The translations under genes were made by a program, and so were the position numbers. The notes beneath the pieces are model-generated. The model had not been told where the DNA came from and did no database searches. It saw only the letters and a program-made list of their open reading frames with translations. DNA of 64,000 nucleotides from Octopus sinensis. Lineage: Eukaryota. Positions 37,150 to 49,343 of the stretch are shown one piece after another (within the stretch, counting starts at the first letter, position 1; each line of letters starts with the position of its first letter). The stretch spans positions 124,001-188,000 of the forward strand of contig NW_021835990.1 of NCBI RefSeq assembly GCF_006345805.1, written 5' to 3'.

Positions 37150-37970
37150 TTTATAATAGATAAGACCAACGAAAAATCCACATGTTAATTAGCTCGATCC
37201 ATTGCATTTCGACCTCTACAACATTGTGTGCGAATATTTTTGTTATTGTTCCTTCTTCGCTATAAATGCTTTCAAATTTCTTCAACGATAGTGCTGGGTT
37301 GGTCCCATAATCTTGAAGAATCTTGACCTATTTTTACTTTACCTTGTTGCCCAATTCAAAAGCATATTTTGATTGATGTACTCCCATTTTTCGATTCATT
37401 TTTCTGTAATATAATAAATTCAAATTTGTCGGAGGAAAATTAAATTTGAATTCATTTCGATCTATAAAATAAATAATGAGAAAATAACCTTTTATATAAT
37501 GGTTTCCTTCTTTTGCAGTATCACTTTCTTCAATAATTTCGCTCTCAGTTTCTTCTTCACAAACATCAACATGCATAATTAATGGATTTCTTTGTTCTCC
37601 AGTCTCACTTTTCTCAGTAATGTTTTTTCCAAGTTTAGAAACAGTTTCTTCTTTAAAGACATCATCATGAATAATTAATGGGTTAGATCCTTTAATACCG
37701 CGGTATCTATGAAATGAAGTATCACCTAAAAAGTTTGAAAATGTGACAATTTAACCTGTAGAAGAATGTTTGGTTAAATTGTAGAAATATGCTGCCTCTT
37801 TAATATGCTTTGTCCAACATTTTTCTGAAGATTCCGACATCATTTTAGATAAGCTTCTCGTAATCGTTTGATTGAACCGTTCAACAATTCCCTGACTCCT
37901 GGGGTTATTTGGTCGGCTATGTATTTGCTGAATTTAAAATTTTTGACAAATCTCCCGTATGTAAGAATTT
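37150..37970 (-). mobile_element. Ginger2-like integrase transposase 3' half with micro-introns
   Basis: SRPNNPRSQGIVERFNQTI...YNLTKHSST; introns 37726-37755 (30 nt) and 37462-37488 (27 nt); C-terminus RKMNRKMGVHQSKY homologous to the 52-kb copy. Confidence 0.8.
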
Positions 37971-38039
37971 TTAAAAATTAGTTATTGTATTTGACAATAA
38001 ATTAACAAATTAAAAATTAAAAAAAATATTAACAGAAAA

Positions 38040-38500
38040 AAACACAAGTGTAACGCGTCCGGCTCGTGACACTTTCTTTCTTGTAGCCTTAGTGATGGCA
38101 GGTTCCCCAGGCACGCTTCACTTAATGATGTTGTAAAGCACGCCTTTAACACCGCTGGATTTCATTCAGTATTGGAACCATTTGGGCAAGACCGTGGTGA
38201 CGGAAAACGTCCTGACGGGTCTATATTATTACCGTTCAAGATTGGATTTGCCCTCGTATGGGATGTAACCTGTGTTGACTTGTTTTCTTTATCATCGCTC
38301 ATAGACTCGCTTCTCACCCTGGAACGGCCTCCACTTTTGCAGAAACTAAGAAAATCGCAAAGTATGCATCCTTGGTCGACACTTGTTGCTTCGTCCCCCA
38401 AACCAATGGGGTAATTGTCCCAAAAGCTCTCAAACTCCTCACGGAGGAGTTACGATAGTCGCGAAATGAGTTGGCTTTTTCAACGGATATCGCTCGCGTG
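38040..38500 (+). mobile_element. CRE-clade 3' fragment
   Basis: RHASLNDVVK...EPFGQDRGDGKRPDG...WDVTCVD. Confidence 0.8.
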
Positions 38501-38554
38501 TAAAAAAGTTTAGAAACCTCTGATATAGAGTATAGTAAAAGTTTATTATTTGTC

Positions 38555-39105
38555 ATCTTCAATATACTCCCGGAAGAGAGCTTTAAAATCTTCAAACATT
38601 CCAAGATCACCTCTCTCGTCAACACCCTCTACGCACACGTCAAGTCCATGTATCATCTCACACTCACCCTAGCTTTGGCATGCGCTCTATGCTCGACCTC
38701 TACTCCAACAACCCACACATGGGAGACGTCCGCACTGTCCAGACCAGGCTCACTCAAATCACTCAACAATTCTCCGCCGGCATGAAACAACTCCACAAAC
38801 TCGACCAACCCGTACTCCCTCTCCCTACTCTAGTCACACGATCAACTCCTCGCTCTCAGCTCCTCCTTCTACTGCACACACGACTCGGAGTGGAGTCAAG
38901 ACGTACAAACACACTTCGGCACCATCCTACACGACTTTTACAGTCCTCCCCACTCTCATTCTCAGTGAACGAGTCCGGCACTCTCTCCGTCAATCAGGGC
39001 GACCGGGTTGAGATACTCTACGAAGATTCCAGTGGCTGGTCATATGTTGTCCGTTCCGACGACGCACAGAGACACGTCCCCTCCTCCTTCATTCGTCCAG
39101 AGTAG
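38555..39105 (+). CDS. TOCA family (FNBP1/TRIP10-like) 3' part: HR1 + SH3; no F-BAR found upstream
   Basis: MLDLYSNNPHMGD (HR1). Splicing 38812-38833 and 38943-38965 gives GTILHDFYMNESGTLSVNQGD...GWSYV...VPSSFI (SH3). Confidence 0.75.
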
Positions 39106-39314
39106 TATTAATATTTTCCATTGGGCTTGTGCAGTTTGATTAGTTATCTATTTACCGAAATGACTGTCACTTAACAAAGACGGGGCAATAAAATGAAGCT
39201 ATATGAGGGAAACATGACCCAAATACTCAAAGCACGAGTTTCATGAGGAAGTGCCTAATAGTGAAAGAAGTAATAAGAATGCCGAAAAAGTGTTTATAAA
39301 GGAGGATTAGATGA

Positions 39315-40240
39315 CTAGGTAATGCGGAGGCGAGCGAGGACGTGTTTGGCATAAGTATAGTTTTTGAGGACGTGTTGTTGTGCCTTGATGGTGTCGAGCA
39401 TGATGTGTAGGTGTGTGGGGTGTGCGAGTTGTAGCATTATCTGGACGACGTAGTTACCGTACTGGTCTTTGAGGAGTGAAGAGAATCCGTGAGTGAGTAT
39501 TTCGTGGATGAGTCGTGCGCGGATGTGTGAGGAGCCGTGAATGATGCACTTTTCGATGACATTGCTGGCGAACTTGTGTATGGACAGGTGGAGGAGTCGT
39601 CCCTGGATGAGGGGGAGGAGTGTGTGAATGTGAGAAGGGTGTTGGATGATGAGGTGTTGGATGACGTAGTTGCCGTACTGGTCGTGGATGAGAGTGAGGG
39701 CGTGTTGGGCGAGTTCGTCGAGGATGAGGGGCGAGCGAGAGTGTTCGAGTATCCGCTGGATTACCCGACATCCGTACGGGTGTGTGGCCAGAGAGTACAC
39801 TTGCCCCTTCAAGGACTGTGTGATGAACTGTGCGTCGGGCAGACACTCTATGCACTTTTGGATTACGTGGTTCCCGTTCTGGTTACGCACACACCTTATC
39901 ACGTGTCCCCTCAACTCCTCCTCGATCGTCCCCCTCCACCCACTCTCGATCGCCTTCTGCACCACCCGACACCCGTACATGTTCAGAGACAGCGACAACA
40001 CTCGTCCCTTCATTTCCTCCCCCAGTCTCTCCCGCTGCTCTTTACTCCCACACTCAAACATCTTTTGATTACGTAGTTCCCGAACACATCCGTCATTACA
40101 CTGTTCGCACTCCCCAACAGCTCCCTCAATATCCCCTCCCTCTCCTCCACGCACTCCACTTTCTCCTGCGTTCGTCTTGACCCATCCTGGTCTTTGCTCT
40201 GCTCCACCACACACACTCCCCGACACATTCCCATTCGCAT
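39315..40240 (-). CDS. PUM: Pumilio/PUF RNA-binding domain (8 repeats), with one 1-nt frameshift near 40070
   Basis: SKDQDGSR, DVFGNYVI, MYGCRVVQK, QNGNHVIQK, PYGCRVIQR, QYGNYVIQH, KFASNVIEK, QYGNYVVQ and YAKHVLARL. Confidence 0.92.
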
Positions 40241-40689
40241 CTTTTCGACCTGTTCAGAATTCCTTTTTCATTTCTTCACTACTACACTTTCTCCTTCCAT
40301 TTTAACACAATTCACACTTTTCACATCCCCCTCCATTCCCCCCTTTCCCTTCGTCGTCAACCAGGCTCACTCACACTCTACTCCTATCAACACTCCTCTT
40401 AACAGTCTAATAATCCTGCAATTCAAACAATGTTTATTGTCCGTCCTTCCATGGGATTATATATGAATAAATTTTTTCTTTTACCTACATTGTGTATCCC
40501 ACAAACACCTGTCCGTGGAAAAGCACTCGCTTTCTAAAAATAAGCCAACTACCTTTAACGACTGTCGCTGGGCGTCGCAAAACTTATCTTCAACGGAAAT
40601 TCAGCCTTTTAAAACTTTTCTTCAACGTAAACAGATGAACTAACAGAAACACAAGATAACACATTAAATAGATAAAAAAAATTAAATTA

Positions 40690-40900
40690 AGTCGATCTGG
40701 CTCGACGCAGCGCATAGAGCGAGATTTCCCATGCAGGAATGTGTCTTAGCAAGTAGAATCTCAAATAAGAATTTTCCCCTGCTTGTATGGAAACGTGAAC
40801 AGGCCTTCTGGGGGTTTGGCCTCTCCTCTATCCAGCCCAACTGGTTTGAGGATTGACGGGGCACCAGCGGAAGCGAGAACTCTCTCTGAGTTTTTTAACA
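40690..40900 (-). mobile_element. CRE-clade fragment
   Basis: LASAGAPSILKPVGLDRGEAKPPEGLFTFPYKQGK. Confidence 0.7.
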
Positions 40901-41599
40901 GATTTTCATTTTGAGCTTCTGCTCTTATAGCTAAATTTTTCCAGACAGGAAATATTTTTGATGGAATTAAGGAAAGACAAATAAAAGGAAAGTGAAATAA
41001 AATCAATATTATTAGAACTGATAAATTCCTTTAAACCCAAATAATGATGTATTCGTGCATTATCAGCTATAAAAACTGGAGATTCAATGTTAAAAACTTA
41101 TTAAAAAACTTGTAAAATACTTTTTTAACAAAAAAATTTAAAGAATTTAAAGTAAGTATTAATTAAATAATCTTCACCTTCTGGTCGATACATCCTCTAT
41201 TCGCACAGTGATTCAGGTAGGCAAGACACTTTCTTTCCTTATTGTAGAAATTTTTGAGTTACCAGCCCATCACATGTTAATACAATAAGTACTATTTTCA
41301 CTCTCGCATGATAAATTAATTCCAGCTTTTAGGATAACAGGTCATTTTTTTCATTTTTTCGATCTCACTTGCTGCAAATTTTGGGAAGATGCTATTCAAA
41401 CTTCAACTAACAAAAATTGATTCTTTCATACCTTTTCTATATATAATTTAAATATTAATTGAAACTAATAAAACATCCGAAATACATTTTTCTGATTTGA
41501 TTGCAATAATTTTGATTTTGTTTCAACAATTCTGATTTTGATCCCTGTAAATTTTAAATAAATTACGAAATCCTATAAAGCACATATTTTATATCCCGG

Positions 41600-41790
41600 A
41601 GGCCACCTGTACTTACTCAATGAGAAAACTTTTGACCATTTGACTAAAAAATGTGGCCGGATGCTTAACAGTGATTACTTGAGGAGACATAACGAAATAG
41701 TTAGATGCATTACGTCTTTATCGGCAATATAGAATTAAGAAATTAAAATCGATAAATATAATGAATTCTCATTGTTAAAATGAATATACT
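41600..41790 (+). mobile_element. RLE-type (R4/NeSL-like) LINE CCHC-RH fragment
   Basis: TFDHLTKKCGRMLNSDYLRRHNEIVRCI. Confidence 0.55.
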
Positions 41791-41799
41791 ACGTTTGGT

Positions 41800-42210
41800 G
41801 CTAACTGGAAATATTAATGATACGAGATGTTTAAAGAAACTGAACATACTCAGAGTTTTTCCTCGGAAATGCAGGCAGTAGACGAGCCTCGCCACTTGCC
41901 AAACCGTCTATAAGCACTGCATAGAACCCACAATTAGTTACGCCTGCGCTGCGTGGGGAAATACGATCAGCTATACCAATCTGGAAAAAATTTCGAAAAC
42001 TCAATCAAGAATCTGCAAAAGTCTAGAAGAACCAAACGAACAACTAAATGTTGGCACTTTTGAGGAGATCTTGCGAAGAAACGAGGGGACGAATACCAAA
42101 TGACACACCCGCCGCGCCCCTACAGAAAATGTGCGGGAAAAGGGAAGAACGTCAGTGAAAAATGAGGATCCTCCTTAGAGAAGCCGGCAACTTATATTAA
42201 ATAAGAGTTA
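41800..42210 (+). mobile_element. LINE thumb/3' fragment
   Basis: VYKHCIEPTISYACAAWG. A 22-bp direct repeat CCGGCAACTTATATTAAATAAG lies at 42184-42205 and 42211-42232. Confidence 0.6.
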
Positions 42211-42629
42211 CCGGCAACTTATATTAAATAAGTTTCACGTTGAGTTCTGTTAATTGTTCTTTTAAATTTCAGATTAGACAACTATCATGAGAATTAATTT
42301 ACGTCGGGAATTACTCATAAATAAAATTATTGCATTATTCGGACAAGTTAAAATTATACAATGACAAAGGGAAAAAAGAAAACAACTTTTGAAAAACAAA
42401 ATTCCGAGTCTTATAGCATTTGGAAAGGAGATGTAGAAACTCCAAAATGATTAAAAAATTCAGGCCTGCAGCTTGATCCCACAAATGAAATTACAATGGC
42501 AGTTCTGCAAAAGCTGCTAAAAAATAAATCGTTCTTGATTGTTTACTTTTTCTGGTTTTCTTGTCTTTTCTTATGATTTAATTGGTAAATAATATTAAAT
42601 TTTTGATGAAGAAAAACAGTAAAGCCTTG

Positions 42630-43600
42630 ATTTGAGTGGGCAATTTACAGGCCTGCCTTGGAATCATCCTTTGCGTATCCTGCTCAGAGCTACAATACCC
42701 AACAACTTTCTGCAGACAATTTCTTCGCAACATCTGTGTTATCCGAAGCATAAACAATTTCGGTAATACAGCCGTCGTCGAAAGTCGTCAAATCTCTCAA
42801 GGTGATTTCCACGTAAATGAGAAGTAGAAGCGGCGAGAAAAAGTCTCTGTGGGCTGCTGACATTCGTTTCGAACCGCCTTGAGAGAGATGATAAAACATG
42901 AACGAATAATTGTCGTAGCAAGCAGTGCCCCTATCATTCTGACTTAGTTCTCAGCCAGGAAACTTTGTGGGACTCCGATAAGTAGGTTAAGGCGCACATA
43001 GTCAAAAGTTTTTGACATGTCGATACCGAGGTGGATCTGTTGAATCACATCGCCATTTTTGACTCCAGACAATATCCGCAGTGGATCTTCCTACCCTGAA
43101 TCCCCTCTGACTCGACGCCAGATATTCATTAACACTCACGTTTATGTAACGCAGTACAACTAGCGATAGGAGTTTCCTCGGAGTGTTAGAAGCATGACAA
43201 AGCGTAGATATTCCACCGGGGCGGAGATTTTGTTGGCTTTTTGTATAGGAATGAGTGTGCCTGCCTCCTAGCAGGAGTGGATCCTAAGTAATGAACATAT
43301 GATTGAATATGATCACTAATTTTGTCCATAAGTGACTTTGAACCATGCTTAATAAGCACTGTATTGATGTGGCCTGGTCCAGCGGCCCGACAGTTTTTAC
43401 GTTTGCTAGTAGCTCAAAGACCTCCTCCACTGTGATGGGGCTGTCGGGGTGTGCGTCTATGCTAATAAAAAGGGGACTGTCGTCGGTGATTAATTTGAAT
43501 TGATTTTCAAAATGATCTGATATTAGTTCGGCTTGAACAGCGAGGTCGTGAATAATTTTTCCTGTGCCATTGATGAGTTCGCTGTGTTTTTTTACTTTTA
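42630..43600 (-). mobile_element. Degenerate LINE RT
   Basis: ITVEEVFELLANVKTVGPLD, DMSKTFDYV and FSPLLLLIYVE. Confidence 0.65.
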
Positions 43601-43779
43601 AGTAGTCGTATGTTATAAAAAAGAGGTTGGCAGGATTTTTGTCTTCACGGACCAAAATTTTATTTTTGTATGCGATCCGACCCAAATGAGAAAAATCCTT
43701 ATCGGTCGCAAAAATAACGATATACGAGAATCCTCTTGGCAAAGACAGAGGATCTCGTTTCGTTTGCAATCATAAACGG

Positions 43780-45200
43780 TAACGCACAAAGTATCTGTTT
43801 TGCTTGCTTGGAATAACTGTTCACATAAAAATGTGCTTCCAAATATACAAGTCATTTTCTTAGCATTGTCGGTTAATTGCGGATATTTTTTTACACATAC
43901 AAAATTTTTGTAGAAGCTCAAAATATCTAATTCAGAAAAATATTTTGATCTAAGTGTAGTGTCGCATTGAATTTCAAGTAATTTCATTTGATAACAATCT
44001 GGTACTGTCTCAATTTCAACATCAAATGGGATTGAAAAAATGTTGAAAAGATTTTTATGAACCTATAAATTTGTAATAAGCATTTTACTCTTAAATCCAT
44101 AAAACGTGATGAAAATTTTTATCTTAATTCCATAACTATGTTTGCATATTCCGAAACATCAGCCAGATTCGTAGAAAGAAAATTCACAAAATGCGTCATA
44201 TTTCCTTTTTGTAACTGTAATTCCCACAACTTCAATTTATTTTACAAAGGAGTTATTCATTTGGTATATAAATTTATTACTTCCCTGGATTTTCAAATTT
44301 AAGTCATTTATATGTGATGTTATGTCTACCAAAAATGCCAATTTGGAAATATTAATGGTATTTCGGAAATATGAAGTATCATAATTCTTTTCCTCAAGAA
44401 AAATTATGACATCTTCTCGTATTTGAAAAAGCCTTTTGAGCATTGATCCTTTAATAAGCCATCTGACATTACAAAAATATAAAAGATCCCCATATTCTGT
44501 TTTGCGTCGATTAAAAACTGCCTGAACTGCCGATAATTCAAGCCACGGGATAAAATAAAACTTACTGCGTTAACAACAGCATCCATTGTCCTGGGTAATT
44601 GGACTGATTTGGCAACCAGCGCCTCTTGACTGATTGACTGACTGATTTGGCAACTCAATTCCAAAATTTTCCATTTCATTTTGGAGTAATGTAATACTTC
44701 CCTTTTTGTTTCCAACCCATCTGTTGTAATTCTAACTAATTTTGAAAGCGGGAGATTTGAAAATGGTTTTATTCGTTTCGCAATTATCTTTGAAATTTCG
44801 TAATTTGTACGTGTGATATCATCTTTTTTACATCTCACATTATTAAAAAATGTTGTTTGCTTTTGTTCGAGGTTCTTAATTTCCTTTAAGCGAGATTCCC
44901 CAGAAAACTTTTTGAATTGCTCGACATTTATATCATCGAATAAAAACAATTACATCTAAAGATTGTGTAAGCTTTATTTCTAAAATACAGCAAAATATCC
45001 CTAACACACTAAATATGGATAAAATTAAATTTTTGACAAAGAATTTTTTGGTGTTAATCCCATTTAGTTTGCTATTAATCCCATATTGTTTCATATTAAT
45101 CCACTTAATTTTCTATTGATTCCACTTAGTTTTCTGCTAGTCCTATTTAGTTTGTTATTAATTTCACTTACTTTGGAGTTAATCCCACATAGTATAGAAA
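43780..45200 (-). mobile_element. Degenerate hAT (GTF2IRD2/SPIN-like) with 21-bp minisatellite at 45048-45195
   Basis: RITTDG, QEALVAKS, RGLNYRQF, LAFLVDITSHINDLNLKIQG and IFGSTFLCEQLF. Confidence 0.8.
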
Positions 45201-45351
45201 CTACCAAGCAAGAGTAAAATAGCTTGCAAGACTAGAATAGTAGAGATTTTATGTAAATTTCGTTAATGATCTTTCTTCTCAAGTTTAGGAATAGACGATT
45301 CAGATTCAGATGTAATAAAAATTTGTGTAAATTGCATCCCAGGCACTTCTA

Positions 45352-45690
45352 CTCTTTTATTATTTATTATTATTATTTAAAGACCAAACACGGGCAAAGC
45401 CAGTTAATTATAGTTATTCCCGTGATCGCCGATCCAAACGAGGGAGATCCTTCTGAAAGGTTCAATCCTTCCCGCAAGATCGGCCTGAGACGACGATGTC
45501 CCAGGGTCTGAGAAGCTAAGAGTCCTTTTTCGATAGGCATTAAGTGTCTCCTGAGCGTTGCCATATCCGGAGGAATTTCCAACTGACATGGTAGACCCCG
45601 TAACGCCACGCTAAGCCCGGAAGGTAAGAGATCCCCATTTCCAACTGTGTCGTGCCAGAAGTACTCGTTGCCTCACGGGCAGGGGAACGA
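45352..45690 (-). mobile_element. LINE 3' end copy 2, ~60 nt longer at the 5' end than copy 1
   Basis: About 98% identical to 720-976 over the shared part; (TAA)n tail. Confidence 0.78.
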
Positions 45691-47250
45691 TAAAGAGAAT
45701 TATTTTATATTAACTGCTGTCGTATGCCTTTTTCATCTGTCACTAAAAGTGTCAAAAATGCAACAAAATTTTTTAAGAGAGAACAACTCAAAAGGCAAAC
45801 ATGGGTAATACAAATGTCTTCAATAATAAATTAGCGATACTATGAGAGAAATAGATACATTCATAAATTACAAATTATGACTTCTAGACAAGCTTTAGTC
45901 AATTCTACTCGTCTTAGAAAGGAAAAGGCCAATAATAGTAAAATGGTAAAATGCATATTTTCATTAATAAGTTGTTTGAAACTCGACTCATTGGAGCCTG
46001 TTCGGAATTTGGTCTATCTCATTCTGATGTTTTGGAAGGACTTTCACAGGTGAAATTATGAACTAATATTTTTAGTCAAATATTTTTTAGATAGGAAAAT
46101 ACTTTCTACTTTAGCAATATATGAACCACTATCTTTTAAAAGTTTAGTGGATGTCTCCTGTCATCCTTTTGAAAATCTACAGCATATTCCTACCCATAAA
46201 TCTAAGGACTCAGAACTTACTAAATTAAAAAATTGTTAAAATTTTAAATATTTATTTGTATATAAGTGTTAAGTAATAAATCTGTGATAATCTAAAGAAG
46301 CGGTTCTCAAATGCGGCCCCCAGGATTTTTTGCGGCCCCTCTAGAGTAACTAACTTTTTTAATTTTTTGATAATGTTTAGATTTAATTATTCATTCTTAA
46401 GGTTAAACATATCCATAATTGGTGATTTCAAAAGCCACAAGAACTTATATTCAGTCTGTTATCCTAAAAAGGACTCTAGAAAGCATGGTAATTGAACACA
46501 GACATGGAGTGAGAGTATCTGCCGAAGAATACACCTCTGCTGCTTACCAGCTTGCAGAAGTGGCATGCTGCCGTGACACGCCGGTGAAAAATATGAGACA
46601 AATAGAAAATCTATCTGGCTGGGAGATGGAGAGTAAAGAGGAACTGGTTGCAAGCTCTTTTCCTAAAAGGAGGAGAGAGATTCCCAATAATCGGGACTGA
46701 GAATCTAAATTAAATAGTCTAGCTTAAGTTAAATTTTGTTTCTTTTAATATTAATTGTTAATGAATGAATATGTGATTATTCTAATTTATCTAGATTCTA
46801 GATGATGATTTTTGTGAATTATCCATGCCATTCTGTACTGTACTCAGCCAGCCTTTGTTGCAGGATCTTATCACACTAGTTTGAATCATCTATTTTGAGA
46901 GTATTCTCATAATTAAATTTGTCCAAAGAAAAAAAATCAATTATAATTAGTTATTTTTCAATCAAGAAAAATAACAATCACGTTGTCTACAATATTGATT
47001 ATGACAAGTCCAGGTGTCTGAATATAAAAATCACAACATAGTCTTTGAAACAGAAATTCCGCTTGCGTACTGTACTCAAAATAATTAAAGTAAAAGTCTG
47101 CCCTTTTTCCAAAGAAAAAAGCCTCAAAATAGAAAATTGATCACTCTTTTAAAGGACAAGTGTATAAATTGAAGATCATTCAATATATCTTGGGATATTA
47201 AAAATTTAGAATAATTTTATTAGGTTAAGAAAGAAACCAATAATGAAGAA

Positions 47251-47781
47251 TTACTCGTAAATGTAATCATTTAGCATGCTCTTCCAGCCAGATATTTCTT
47301 GGGGATTAAACCAAATCGCGATTTCTCTCCGGGCACTTTCATTTGAATCACTTCCGTGAATAATGTTCCTTAAATTAATAAACCCACATACACACCTTCC
47401 CACATCGATTCCGTAATCGCCTCGAATTGTGCCAGTATTTGACTCCTGGGGATTTGTTGCTCCGATCATTCTTCTCGCTGCAGCTACGATATTTTTTCCT
47501 TCCCAGACCTAATTGACTTTTGAAAATAAAATACCATTGGAACCACAGGTCCACTATTAGCCATATAGTTAACCATTTTGCTAAAAAATGGTTTATCTCT
47601 AAGTTCTTCGTAGTGCCTAGATAACACTTCTTCTGATGGCTAAGAATGACCTGATTAAATAAACATTAATAAATTTCATCGACAGAAGTTTGTATCCTCG
47701 TCGTTCAAACCGAGAAATTATCTCGCCCACCAATCCTCGTTGCACACCGTCTGGCTTTATCATAAGAAAAGTTTGATCCAT
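47251..47781 (-). CDS. NME1: Nucleoside diphosphate kinase (group I NME), intact, 3 micro-introns
   Basis: [22 protein letters not shown]...NIIHGSDS...YIYE*. Introns 47640-47664 (25 nt), 47509-47534 (26 nt) and 47369-47395 (27 nt) give a clean frame. Confidence 0.97.
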
Positions 47782-47999
47782 AATTAAATAAACGACGACA
47801 GAATTAACCACGATAAAATAAGTCTATTTTCTATAGTATATGCTAAACCATTCTAATACATTATTCTAAAATTACAATCAAATTTACTATTATTAAAAAT
47901 TTTATCTATTTAATTTCATATGAAAAATATTTTTAACAAAATTAACAGTCACTTAAATATGCCCCCAATAGTCTAACGAGCTCTTTTGCACAAATATTG

Positions 48000-48780
48000 A
48001 ACAAGGCATTTGCTCTGCATCGTCCGCTCCCGATTGGGACAGGGACAGTATTAATACCCATTCAAAAACCAGGAAAACGAAAGGGCCCGTCTGGAAACTT
48101 AAGACTATCAGTACTAGTCACCACTTTAAGGAAAACTCTATCAACTATTATTTGAGACCTTATATCAAAGTCCGTCAATAGATATCTTTCTTAGTGGTCT
48201 CAAACCCAAAAGATGTACAGCTAATGTTGTTTGGAGCCACCAGTGAACAATTGCATCATGACAGAAGTACAAACGATCCTTTCATATCCTTGGAGTCGAC
48301 ATGAGTAAGGCTTTCGAAACAGGAGCAAATTACTTATTGTGTTGAAAGACATTATTGATGAAGACAGTCTGCGCATGATACATTTGCTATTGGCTGAAAC
48401 TGAACTACTTGTCAAAGTCGGTTCTAAGGAGTCTACACCATTTTCTACCAATTCTGGAACCCCACAAGGAGATACGCTATCGCGCGTATTATTCATCGTT
48501 TATCTGGAGGTAGCTTTGAGAGATCTAAGAGAACAAATCGAAATTCTGGACAATCACTTAATGGAACTCATTTACTTGGCAACTCAGAAGATATTACACG
48601 ACGGAAGATCTTAGCCACAATAATACTCAAAAAACTACAATCGATTTTATTGAGAATAAAAATTCATGCGAAGATGCGACTGCGCTTATATAACGACCAG
48701 TCCTCATGTACAACGCAGGTACTTGGAGTCCGTCAAGAAAAGACATGGAACAACTTGACTAAGAAAGAGTCCAAAGCCTT
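48000..48780 (+). mobile_element. RTE-like RT fragment
   Basis: FRNRSKLL...GTPQGDTLSRVLFIVYLEVALRDL...KMRLRLYN. Confidence 0.7.
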
Positions 48781-49343
48781 CCATACAAGCAAAAAACTAG
48801 TCAATCTCTACACACGTGTCCGAGTGAGAAGAGACAAGGCAGAAGAACTTAAAAAACAGTCCTTCATCCCTCACCAAACATTCCAACGTAATCTTGACCT
48901 CAAAAAAGTCACAATTTCCAATCTTCTCGAACAAATCGACGAAGCCAAACGACAATTCGAAAACTCCGTGGCCTGCCACTTCCAAAAGGTGGACAAAATC
49001 GTCGGTTTTTCGTCAATTAAGCCAATTTTAGACTTCCAGAGAAAATTCTTGTACAATGAGAGATCAAAGTTCGCCGACGAGTGTCAAAACATGACAGCCA
49101 AATCAGAAGAAGAGATCCAATTACTTGAAAAGAAAAACAAGGATTTGAATGATTTGGCGGAAATTTTCTTTCCCCTTAAACTGAGCCACAATAAAAAGAG
49201 ACTTAAATCAATGCCAATTACCAGAACCAAGTCGACAAGATAAAAAATAAGGCAAAATGTTTTTAATGATGCAGAATCTGGAAGAAAATTCTTTAATAAC
49301 TTTATTTGAAAATTTTAAGATTTTACATTCAACAAATATAGAA

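Noticed and set aside
39454-40180. Several long antisense or alternate-frame ORFs over Pumilio
   Set aside because: Explained by the stop-poor skewed composition of the real CDS.
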